Positions 37,502 to 52,310 of a stretch of DNA of 64,000 nucleotides are shown here, one piece after another. The number at the start of each line of letters is the position of its first letter. Position 1 is the stretch's first letter. The translations under genes and the position numbers were made by a program. This DNA is from Klebsormidium nitens (Eukaryota; Plantae; Klebsormidiophyceae). The stretch covers positions 8,358 to 72,357 of the forward strand of contig DF237099.1 in the NCBI GenBank assembly GCA_000708835.1. Direction: 5' to 3'. The notes beneath the pieces are model-generated. The model saw only the letters and a program-made list of their open reading frames with translations. It was not told the origin of the DNA and did no database searches.

Positions 37502-37630
37502 AAACCCTAATTTTCCCCAGAGCTCGTCAGCGCCATCAAAGGCCCGGTGCGTACCGTTTTGCACCCGGAATGTACCCCGGTACCGGTCCGACCATAGAGC
37601 TGCCAAACCCTAAAACCCTAAACCTTGGGC
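37502..37630. promoter_or_regulatory. Telo-box-like motifs in the divergent promoter between the hypothetical gene and COQ5
   Basis: AAACCCTAA at 37502 and tandem AAACCCTA-AAACCCTA at 37605-37620, with TGGGC (site II-like) words nearby. Function is inferred from plant telo-box/site II promoters. Confidence 0.45.
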
Positions 37631-37810
37631 TATGTAGCTTTGGCAAAAAGTTTGTGAGCTTGGGCAAAAACTTTTCTTTCCACTTCGTATGCTGTTGTGG
37701 AACTTCTTGTGAATCAGATGGCGTAAAGCGCTAGCATCCTTTAAGGAGACCTCTTGTGGCAAGAAATTTGCTTTGAGAACCTGTGATTTTTTGTCTTTTG
37801 TCAAGCTAAG

Positions 37811-41069
<3,259 letters not shown>

Positions 41070-42472
41070 CCTCAGATGCTTGGTCCTCGGACGGAGGAAC
41101 GTACCTCACTCAACACGCTCGTTGGACTCAATCGAGATAATGTCATTCTGTGTGACTGAACCTGCTCATTGGAGGTACTCATGATGGTACGTACGTCAAC
41201 ATGATCATGCTTGGACATTATCATGCTTGCAGAAGCACCTTTTCAAAGAATGGATTCTCATGCCGCAAATCTTTGGAAGGTTTAATCAGTTACATGCACG
41301 AGTCATTGTACGTATGGACCGACTTGCTCCTGTGGGGAGCTAGCAATCGCGGGTCCAGAGTATGAGTCGATCTAGCTGGCGGCCATGGTTCACCATGACG
41401 GGTCGCATGCTTAATATTGCACTAGCTGTATTGTAGCTATCTCAGACGCTTTGATCATCCGATCGATTCAGTTGACTTGGAGTTCCATATGATGGTCACT
41501 ATATCGCCTGATCGAGAGCGTACGCGTGGCGAAATCATTCAATCTAGCACATTGACATGCACAACGGTAGCCTTCATGAACGATATGCTCGAAGGGCCGA
41601 TGCTTCACGAACCGGCCACTCAAAGAACGACTCGGTAAGTAGTTCTTCAATGAGAAGCAATGACCAACCATGCGGCCAGTTGAAATACCGGAATACTGAG
41701 TACCAGCTCACGCTCTCGTAGAATGTAGCGACAGGACTATTCGACAAATCTTTCCCTGGCTGGCCTTGCAAGAAGCGGTTCCCTGACTCTCTCTTGCAGC
41801 TAGTGACACCATAGGTGAAGCAGCTGGCTCTGCATATACAGAGACATCTTAGCATGACGAGCTCAGGAAAGCCGAAAGTGCTCTCCTCATAAGGTTTAAG
41901 GCTAAACGCTTGAAGAGAACGGCACGTACTTTCGGATCGCACGAAGCACAAGAAAAGTCATCAGTGGCTCAAGATCAATCGAGCAGTGCATTCCGCCAGA
42001 GCAAAACAAAAGCGGGCATTCCCCGGGCATTCATTGCTGATTCCGCTGCTCGCAGGGAATGCTTGCGGCGCGCAGCCCAATGACATTGAGGAAGGCTCGG
42101 AACTTACCACAGCCTTTAACAAGCTCACAAAGCACCCGAAGAAGCGCCCAGGGCGTGGCTCGTCTGCAAGCATGAGCAAGTGGCGTTACTGTTTTCTTTA
42201 CCGCATATCTTCGCGGGATCCACATCGTTTAAAAGTAAACATTCCAAGAAGATACAGAGCTTTTGAGACCATAAGGATACACGACTTTTGAGGACCTTTG
42301 GAATATTGTGAGCGTTACGTCTCCTTAGGATAGCGGAATCAGGAAGCCATGCTAGAAGGACTTGTTTGCGCGAGAATTGTAGGGAATCAGTGAGCGGGAC
42401 CGCGCGTGTCGTTTCCGTTGCCAAAAGAAAACGAGCCGTTCAGGCTAGTCAAGGTAAGGGGGGTGGCCAGCC

Positions 42473-45190
42473 TCATAACATAATCGGCGCCGTCAGGTCT
42501 ATCCAGTTAGCACCCGCCGCTAGTGACAGAACGGCTGTCTTTCACGACCTTACCTGCTCATCAAACACAAGGTTTGTCATGCACGGTTCACACTCGGTAA
42601 GAGGAAACTAGATCGGAGTCCGAATCTTACCTGCGTCCCTCAGAGTCGCCCTGACGAAGACGACATCTGGCTGCTCTCGCGACCCGCTTGTGAGTTCCTT
42701 GAAAGCTTCCCCGTCCCCGTCGGGATAGAACAGCTGGTACTTGATTCGCTTGGGCACTCCCCCGATCCGCTTCAGTGCCTCGCTGAACCCCTTCCAGCCG
42801 CCCTCCCACGTTTTGAAGATTGTCTGCGGCAGCGTGGATCGGAAGTCGAGGCGCTCGCCTTCGGGGACGAGGTAGAAGATACCGACGAAGGGGCCCTGAC
42901 CCAGCACTGCAGACACAGATATATTTGGCCTTCGGATGGTTATTGTCTGATCAGAAAGAGGTTATAATATGTCCCAGAACCACACTTGGCGGCCGGTAAC
43001 CAGCCTTGGAGCAAGGCTAAATACCCGGTTATTTTTCCGGTAACCTGAGACTTGAGTAGGTATTCAGCGTGGTTAGCTGCCAAAGCTTCCTGTAAGATAC
43101 GAATGCACTCGAACCTCACAGCAAGAAGGCCATCAAAGCAGATTGAGTTGCTTGTGTCGAGAATGATTGATTCATGTCGGCTTAGAGCTGCTTCTCTTGC
43201 CGCGGAGGACGGCGAGGAGTGATCAAAAAGAGGCGGAGCAACTTGCTGCATGTGGTGGGAATCAACCGGGTAGGCGAAGCGTGCTTATTGGATGCTTCAG
43301 ACTTTCGTCAAAGGAAGCAAAATATGAAGAAGCTAGAGCTGACATCCGCCGTTTCAGGCTGTTCCAGCTTTGGACGGCCTGGAGTCGCTGTTCAAGATGC
43401 AATACTTGCTAAGACTTTGCTGGTGAAATCTTCTACATCCTGACGACTGACTTCCCGCTTGACACAAAAATGCACCTCATTGCTACAGATTCGTACAAAC
43501 GATGTGCAGCTTTGGTGCCTTCTACAGTCAATCTGCTGACGAGAGATTGTGAAGTCTCCTGGCCTACAAATCACATGTCAGCCAGAAGATAGTCAAGCGG
43601 TCAGCACCATGTTCAAATGTTACAACTCCGATGCCATGATCTTTTGGCCATTGCTTTCTCTATCTTGTGCTACAGTTTTGAGACTCTTCCTACATGTCTC
43701 GCTCTAGGCGGCTCGAAAAACGAAACCGTATCCAGCAATGGATCTTTCAGATGAATTGGAACGACATACGGAAATGGCACTTACATCTGCTGACTGCTGC
43801 GTACTCCAGGTCTGCATCGTAAGGCAGCTTCAGCTTTCTCCTAAGCGCATCTTCCACTTCTGCAAACCAGGAAGATAAAGTCAGTTTACGGGTAAGTTGT
43901 CAAAGGTGAACACACCTTGGTTAAGGTCTAGTTTCGTCGGCCTTCCACCTCGGATCTTCTTAGGAGGTGAAATGATTCCGGCCTGCTTATCAGTCCAAAG
44001 TCACGCAGAATGACCAGCGCTCCTTTGTGAACCATCCATATCTTCCCCGTGTTCGAATTCCTTGCCTAGCTTCCTCCATATTATCTGCAGTCAAAATGTG
44101 CGACTCACCCTCTCTTCCTGTGACCTGAAGTTTCTCAACTTCGCTACACAGAATGACCTTTGATGTTGCAGAAAATGATGGACTCTCTGGCTACGCGAGG
44201 GGCCCCTGATTGGTCTGCGTTGCCTTACCGCAGCATCATATTTCCTGTCTCGCATGATCATAGAATCTGATGGAGTGAGGCTACTTGAAAATTGCTGCTT
44301 CTGCAGTCACGGCCGTTCGTCAACAAAAGATGTAATGCTAGCCAAGCCTGCGAAAGGGGTGATGTTGCAGAGCCGGCAGAGAGCATTTGAAAACTCCTTT
44401 AACCAACACTTTTCAAGATCCAAAAGCTATCTGCTTTGAAACAACTGCCAACTAGATCAAGAACCAGCCAAGATGTCACTCTGTCATGTAATGAGAAAGT
44501 TCTCGGGGAAAGTGGTGTGAATATCGAATCAGAAACAGACAAGCAGACTGTTTGGACCGTTTCAAGGCCATTTCAAAGGCTCCGTCATCTGAAAGACAAA
44601 GAACGTGGAGACTGCTTATCTTCCCATGCTCGTGTTGTCAAGATCCATCTCTAGAGGCTTCCATTGGCATGCACACCCGCTAATGCGATGCGCGATGCTT
44701 GATTTCAGATGAGAAAAGAGTTGCTCGAAGAGACGAGACTTAAGTTGGCTCGAAAGAAGAGACTAAACGGAAAGAGACTGTTGGAAAGTAGAAAGCCTGC
44801 TTGCAGAAGGTGGCGCGGGATTATTGTCTCGATCGTTTTGGAATTGCTAGGACTGCGAGTTGACTGGAGTAAATTAGGGTTCATTGAAGCAAACGTACCG
44901 TAGACGGTGAAGAAAGGCACCATTTTCACAAAGATGCTTTCCCCCCGGGGTACACGTTGCCGTCGAAATTCAAAGTGATGCCACCCGAACCCTTTCTTCC
45001 AGAGACGCAATGAGCAGGTGGACTTAAGCCAGGGCACCATTCCGAAGACTTCGGCAAACAGCTGCGATTCCGTCCTGCTTGGATCATCTGGCAGCGTCAA
45101 GCAGAAGCTAGGCTGGAGCAGGGTGGGATTCGCTTGCCATGTCATGGCTCTCGCCACACTGACAGAAACTGGCGTCGGCGTGTTCTGCAT
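42473..45190 (-). CDS. Hypothetical protein (~229 aa in the simplest model). Exons 44899-45190, 43785-43859, 42631-42906, 42473-42519; extra internal exons possible
   Basis: Exon 42631-42906 has strong GC3 bias and clean GT-AG ends. The four exons join in phase 1 throughout: ...FVKMVPFFTVY-EVEDALRRKLKLPYDADLEYAAVSR-LLGQGPFVGIFYLVPEG...RATLRDA-AAGANWIDLTAPIML*. Other acceptor/donor pairs at 43476-43563 and 44100-44600 could not be placed. Confidence 0.55.
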
Positions 45191-46560
45191 GGCGCTGCCG
45201 TTTTCGAAGGACGCTTCAAAGCGGAAGGATTCTAGATTGGTCGGGAAACGAAGCAAGGTCGCTGTCTCTTTCAATCAGATTGGCGCACAAACAGGAAAAG
45301 ACCCAATGGACCCTCAAAGCATTATTCTTCTACAAGTAGGGCTCCTGCCACGACTAGACTAAAGTGAAGCTGTTTTGCCTTCGCAGCATGAAGCGCTTCA
45401 GCTAAAGCAGAATCGACCAAGGATTGGCGCAAACTGTGCGCTGATGGTGGTAAGCGAGCGGCGAAGGCAACAGCGCGCGTCTGGCCCTTTGAGGATGCCA
45501 GACGCGGAAAACTTCAGTGCATGGAGGCTTTCAACCAGCATTGGCTGCTCAGATTCAACGTGAGGCTGGAGCAGGCTTGCCGCAAGACTGAGTATGCGGT
45601 GCATGATCTGGATGCATGCTTTCCAATGCAGTCGAGCGGGTTTCCGTCAAGTAGTGACTGCAGTTGAACAAAAGCGCGCGCTCTGCTTCCAAAATTGGAT
45701 TGCCACGTGACAACCCGACAATTGAGTCTGTGAGAATATGAGTCAGGCAAATTGTCATCAACTGCAGATTGTCATCAACTGATAGATCTATGCTCCACCG
45801 TGGACTCGCTTCACATTTAGCCTGACTTCACACGGGTGCCTGCAGTCGAAATACCCGCACTCGAAGTTCTCGTATTTCTCGATCCGAGATAACCTTCATG
45901 CAGACGTTCGAGTAATTGCTGCAGTGACGAAATAACGAGGGTTAGCCGCAAGGAAAACGGGTACGCGCGCTTGGGCGCGGCCGCCCTTCCTCTTAAACCC
46001 TTCAAACCCTTGGTAGTCTAGGCCTTCACGTGACCTCCGGATAAGGATGACGGGCAGCCCCGCACACAGACGTAATTTGCAAAGTACTCGGACATGACTA
46101 AACTCTAACTCCGACTCAGTGACCCAAGGAAGAGATATATTGACAAGTAAGGCACCTTGGAGTTGCAATTTATTCTTCAATTGTTTATGGCCATACTTAC
46201 GAAGTGTGTATGGAAGCATGCCATGATGAGCATGATGTAGCATGAGAGGCTCCGCAGAAATACGCGGCTGATGTACATAGTGCACTGCCGGCGGCGGCGG
46301 CGGCAGTGTATACCGTAGTACCCCTTCTTTAGCATGGAGAACCCCGTTAATCTCGCGTCACACTGTCACCTGTACATCAGCGCTTTTGCCATCATATTGC
46401 CCCCATATGATACCTCCATGCGCCCTGGGTGATGCGAAAGCAAAAAATTGAATTGTGTGCTGCATGGAGCAAACGCGACTGCTCAAGCGACCGATTATAT
46501 ATAGAGCCATATTGGTACCTAGTGCCAGATTGAGCAAGTGACTTGCTCGGGCCCCTTGGA

Positions 46561-46704
46561 CTCGCACCCAAGATGTTGTTTTCAACGGAGCATGTTCGAT
46601 ATCTCCAAGTTGAAGGCGGGGAGTACAGATTGTCGTCGAAGTCCGTCAGAATTCGCACCTAGCGCAAATGCAGACTGGCCGTACACCAACATCTTGGGTG
46701 CGAG
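46561..46704. repeat. 18-nt perfect inverted repeat, 108-nt spacer, downstream of the APX stop
   Basis: CTCGCACCCAAGATGTTG (46561-46578) / CAACATCTTGGGTGCGAG (46687-46704). Confidence 0.75.
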
Positions 46705-46905
46705 GTTAAAGGCTTCGAGTCGGCCAGCTTTCAACAACGTCCTCTATGCAGTTGTTTCCAAGTACGTACTTTGATTGCAGCACGCTCGGCCTGCTAAGTG
46801 TGCCCTTTGTGCAGAATCATTCATGTCCACCTCGAAATGGAGGAGCCTGTTCGTTCTTGCAATGCCAAATAGTGTCTTTTAGTACACCAGAATCTTCGAC
46901 ACGTC

Positions 46906-49900
46906 CTACGCCTTCTTCATAACCTTTGCAGCCACTTTGCTCGATTCGTAGGCATACGCAGCGACCGCCACAATTGCTGTAGCAATGACGCCAATTCCCG
47001 ACGAGTATAGGAGGGCCGCAGAGCTCGTGGGGTCGGCCGTGCTGTCAAAGTATTGGGGGGCGGTGTACTTGCACCCAAGCTCGGACAGCTTCTTGTGGGA
47101 CTCGGCGTACTCCTTGAAGAACACGTCCTCATCCTGCGGTTGACAAACAGGCAAAGTGCTGAAAACGGGCCGGTTGACAAATAGGCGAAGTGCTAAGAAA
47201 CGGGCCAGCGCTCATGAGGCTTTGATAACGAATCAGAGCAACGTCGAACTCTGGTGGAGCTCGCGATTGAAGGGAGCCTTTGGATATGAGGTGTGATAAT
47301 GTCGGAAGGATGTTGATCCCTGACGATCTCTGCCGTTTGGTGAACATAATTCTCGTCCGACTGCGACGTTGCACACCGTTGAGCAACTACACGTGAACGG
47401 GAGGCCCGGAAAAACGCTGTTCAGCTTTGCCTCGGAATTCCTTCCCAGAAACAGGTTGGTAGTAGACAGGCATACAGCCTCCGAAACACGCTCTGTTGCG
47501 GACAAAACCATTGGCACAAGCTTTTCAATTCGAAGCTCTAGAACGAACACATAGTTAACCATGAGAGGTAGTCAATGAGCGCGACCCACCTTGGCGTACT
47601 TCTCGACGTGCGGCCGGAACTTGGGATCCGTCACGAGCGCCTTGTCGGTTGGCAGCTTCAGCAGGTTCGCCTTGTCGGCAGCCAGCAGCTCGCTGCGAAG
47701 CGAAACACGTTGATAAGCAATGGGACAACCAACACGCGTGCCAGCACTATCAATGTTACTGGGGAAGATACTCACGGGAAGTTTAGGCAATCGCGCTTGT
47801 CTGGGGGGCGAAAGGCGAGAAGGCTCTTTAGAGATGATTGCAGAAAAGGGGTCAGAGAGAAAGGGTGCTTGTTGAGCAAAAAGCCTCGTCAATCTGGCAA
47901 AAAGAAAGGAGAAACGACACCGTGCGCAATGGAGATACAAGCAAGCAACTCCGGCTAATTGCTAGAAGTACACGAAGGTCCCTTGTCACCTGGACTGGTG
48001 TGATTGAGTTCTCCATCAACCACAAGAGATTTCTCATGCACACGCCTCCCAGTGCAAGGAAGACAAGGGCGTTCCTGCGGGAATCGCAGATCGTTTCCGC
48101 GAGAGAACAAGTGAGTGATTGATTGAGCGGGATGTTCGGGGAAATAATATTGGGAGGCTCACATGAAGTAGGAGTTGTCGAACTTTAGCGGGTTGGACGT
48201 CCACGGCTTATCTTCGAATCCGGACCGCTCCTTATGCGCACGCCCCTGCACATGAGAAACTCCAAGTTGGAGTGCCAATTGCCGGGTAGGCCCTGCAGTT
48301 TTCCGAGTTGTACAGGCTTGTATTCCTTCCTCGCAAATGAAGCGCTGTTACTGCTTCTGGGGGAGCGCTGCAGTTCTAGCAACGGAAGCATCAGACTGAG
48401 ATGTTGTTGGAAGCATCTGAGCCCGACTCCTGTGACCATAATGACTTGAAAGGGAAGAACACGAAGAACGACACTTCTGAATCGGTGGAAAAGCTCACGA
48501 TACACTAGCCCCGCTGGTTCGCAATAAAATGGATCTACAAAAATGCTCGATGAAGTATCCCCTCTGACAATTTCAACTTCATGAGCACCGCTACGAGTGC
48601 TTGCATGACCATCTTTCAAGAACAGCAGAGGAAAGAGCAAAAACTGGTCCGTCAGAGGGCTGCGACTCTTGCAAGCACAAAATGAAACGACCCTACAGAG
48701 CGGCAAAGAGTCACTGCACGTAAAAGTAGCAAGTGACTAGGTGCAATCAGCAAAAGGCAAGCGTACCAGAGTGTGCCCCCCAGAGAGCGCCACGATGTCC
48801 TTGTCGCTGAGGCCCATTCTATAGAAGACTGTACGGATGTGGGAGGCGTCTGCACAGGAGAATGAGAGGTGCAGTGAGCAGACAATATTGTCCACTTCGT
48901 ACCAGGGTGTCGGTAACTTAAACCAGCATGAGAGCTACCTTTTACTGTTGAAAGTGACCGTTATGAGCAAATAATGCACCAATGATACTCGTGCGTCCCA
49001 AATCCTCAGAATTTCGGAGGAACGACGTATTTACAGCGCCCAAAAGCTAGGCTGTGACTCTTGCCCTCAACCAACAAACATACGCTTTCACACCTTCTCG
49101 TGCACCTCATCCTGAATACCTTGTCTTTCCTGGCCACCGACTCGCAGGGGCCTTCAAAATACGAGGAGCAAAAGCCTGATCTGCCGAGTACCTTGCTCCC
49201 TCAACACGAGATTTTGAAGCAAGACTAAGCCCTTGAGAGATTGCTCACCTTTGCCGCCGTCAGGAAGACGTCCCTCGGGTGGACAGGCCAGAGAATCCGG
49301 CCGTCCTGCAGAGAAGCAACCGGACGCTTCAAGGACGGATCCCACCAACCTGTCAATCTCTACGGGACAGGAGAGAAGCAACAACAGAGACAGATGCCTT
49401 GGAAAGGGCCTACGAAGCAGCACGCTTTGTGTCAATAAGAAGCATCATCTGACCATCCTTGCCCCGATATGGAGAGCAAACAGAAATCATGCATGGTGCT
49501 ATTTTGGCTTCTTGAATTTCCTTGGTGACCTTGAAAAGGAATGCCCCTCCTACTGCTCTTGGAATTCCGGTTAGTTTGTCCCTTGTACGGGCCCTAGTAC
49601 CATCATTATGCGCAGCAACTACACGTAAGATCGCCCTTCGGCGTCGTTTGCGCAATTGTGCGCTTACGGGGATCTGCATAAGCAGCTTGCTCAATCTTTA
49701 CAAGCTATGGTTGGGTGTCTGAATACACACCTGGTGTGAAAGGAATGCTGGGCCCGCCAGTGATCTCTACTGCAACATAACCACCCAGCTGTAGACAGAA
49801 GAACACACGACATTACAATCATCAGCCTCAGCAGATATCGACAGTATTCTGATCTCGCAGATACAATTGATCAGGATAAACTGGCATCTCGATGTAAGAT

Positions 49901-51263
49901 CAGCAATCAAGCTGGACATCTACAATTTCTTCAGCTGGGCATTCAGAAGGATCTCAGGTCAATTGTTAGCTTCAAAAGAAGGCGTAAACAATACCTCTAT
50001 TCTTGCCTCTATTCTTGATGGACCCCTTTGAGAAAAAGCAGGAGCACGCGTTATACATTAAAGGCTGACCTGATAGATGTCGGCGTAGGTCAACCCTGGA
50101 TACTTCTGTTTGAGCGGTTCAAGGATGTCAATGGCAATCTTCAGGCCGGCATTCGCCCCATGAGCATACTCTCGGTCGCTTCTGATGCTTCCATTAGGTC
50201 CCCCCGTCTTTGAGTTGGCGTCATAAGTGCCAGCATCATGCCACCTGCATTGGATGATTGCAGGTTGTTCAACTCCCACTAAATCCATCCTTCAGCGTAC
50301 AGCTGGTTCACGCATTCACTGGTTCGGGGGAACTGAGACAGAAGACGCTCTTATTTGTGACCTGCACAAAAGAAGGATTGCTGACCGAAAGAAGCTACCT
50401 CGACTCACACGAACTGAATCTTCCCCCAGTGTCACACGAACTGAATCTTCCCCCAGTGTCTGGCCAGTCTTCAACTTAAACAGTGGTACAGGATTTTCCA
50501 AAAGAGAGGGGGAAACACACATATAGGCACCGCAATATCACCACAATCAGAGATCAAAGATTCTCTTTTGAAGCTACATACATTCTCAAAAAACTCCACC
50601 AGCTCCCACATAGCCAGACTTCTAGGCTTCCGAAGTCACACCACCAGAAGAGGCATCACAATAATTGTCTGTCTTAGACCAATCTGACAAATTCAGCCAG
50701 TAATTTTCAACCAGTAATCTAGTCGAGGCTGAAGTACACAGGTGGAAGAGAAGCCTCGCCCTCTGAAACGTTTTTGAAAAAGGACATGAGACTATGGCAG
50801 CATCACTTTGCCCTCCAATCTTTTCTACTTGGGGCTGTCCGGTAATTCAGCACATGAACTTTGAAAGCTTACAATTCAGCTGAATCAGCTAGTCAACTTG
50901 AATTCTAATGCACGGATCGAATGAGACGACCTGCATAACAACCATGCCATTCAGGCACGCAGCTAAGCAGAAGTACACCGGGGACACAAAGCGAATGGCA
51001 TAAAATCCACAGAACAACCTCAACTGCATCAATCTGCAAAGTACCGCAGCCTAACTTCAAACGCTAGGTACATCCCATGTAACAATATACACCACTGGGG
51101 AACCTTATAGAGACATCTTGAAAAGCTTTCAGCTTCATCCGACCACTCACGCAAGGCGCAGTATCAAAGGAGAACAGTTCTTCTCTGCTAGCAGCGCCCT
51201 CAGGTCCCGTCGGCACCGTTCAATATCTTTCTTATACTTCGCATCAACGACCGGAGGAGCCAT
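46906..51263 (-). CDS. APX3: Peroxisomal membrane-bound L-ascorbate peroxidase (APX3-type), ~299 aa. Exons 51151-51263, 50070-50244, 49731-49788, 49249-49305, 48767-48849, 48163-48245, 47590-47692, 46906-47133
   Basis: [10 protein letters not shown]...[21 protein letters not shown] (distal Arg/Trp/His), [15 protein letters not shown] (proximal His, ascorbate-binding Arg), [22 protein letters not shown]-terminal hydrophobic helix [17 protein letters not shown] plus a basic tail. Phases consistent (900 nt). Confidence 0.96.
50405..50458. repeat. Perfect 27-nt tandem duplication in APX intron 1
   Basis: TCACACGAACTGAATCTTCCCCCAGTG x2. Confidence 0.9.
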
Positions 51264-52310
51264 TTTCACAAAGAACCCTGACCAAAGCGCTCCTGCTTGC
51301 ACTGGCAGATTCTGTCAAGCCTAGGACGTCAAGAGAAACTCTGAAGCAGCATGCCTGCCTCCAGGCTCTGGTCAGTTCTGCTGCTGCGCGCTGGTGACGT
51401 ACAAACCCTTGCCCACTCAGCACCATGGACTCAAGCACGTGTGTCCTGATTCTAATTTCAGCTTACCTGCAGGTTCAGTTCTTCAAAGCGTACAGTGGTC
51501 ACACAGAGAAAGCAGAGTTGGGGTTCTAACCCACCCTAAACCTTGAGCAAACCCAATTGCATACATCTATATCTGATATAGAACTCGGTCACTCTGTGGC
51601 GTGCACCCCGATCAGCAGATTGCAGCCGTGAGATGCCACAGTGCTTATCGGACGACTCTCGAGCCTCGGTACGTTTCAGCCTCTTTCAGGCAATCTTGAC
51701 TTCACATCCGCCACACGATCAAATTTCAACCGCGACGGCTGAGCCGTTTGTCAGGCGGCCTGCTCTGCCCGGCTGCGGGCCATCATGCCTCCGACCCTGA
51801 TGACAGTGATGTGTCACGTGAGTCCAATTGCACTGCACCAGGTCCATGGTGCCCGTTCTGCAGGGAATGCCCTGTGCAGGGAATGTTTGCGAAGGGAGGA
51901 GCCGCACCTGCGGCCTTGCGTGCTTTGAGCTCTCATGGTGGCCTGGTCCGTCCGGACCGTCCGTCCTGAGGCAGTGTGCTAATATCGGTTCCATTCTTCT
52001 CCCTCTGAGCTGCTTCATGTCCACCTTGGGTCCACAGAGGAATGATATAGCCATGTGTAGCTATCAATTGACGCAGCGGGCCTAGTCTTCAAACAAGCGT
52101 CCACTTTAACTTGAAAGCTGGGCTTGTTCTGTTCTGTTGGCTGAGTGTCTGGTGCATAAGTCGGCGTGACAGGAGCTGCCTCTGATCCATATCCAGTTGC
52201 AGTTTGTTAGTGATGCATCTCGCCAAGGAGGCGGGGGCAACATCAAAAAATTCCGAATTGTGGTGATAAGCACTTGAGCCCTGGGATCAATCTAGGTTCT
52301 GCTTTCAACC

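Noticed and set aside
37605-37625. Interstitial telomere remnant
   Set aside because: Only about two units, located in a promoter; better explained as telo-boxes.
41500-42430. F-box/LRR-like or separate gene on the minus strand
   Set aside because: Only vague FPxL-type words, short ORFs in different frames and no consistent splice chain.
46392-46658. HAD-phosphatase-like motif DFDDNLY in an 88-aa ORF
   Set aside because: No further HAD motifs, no codon bias, and it lies in the APX 3' flank.
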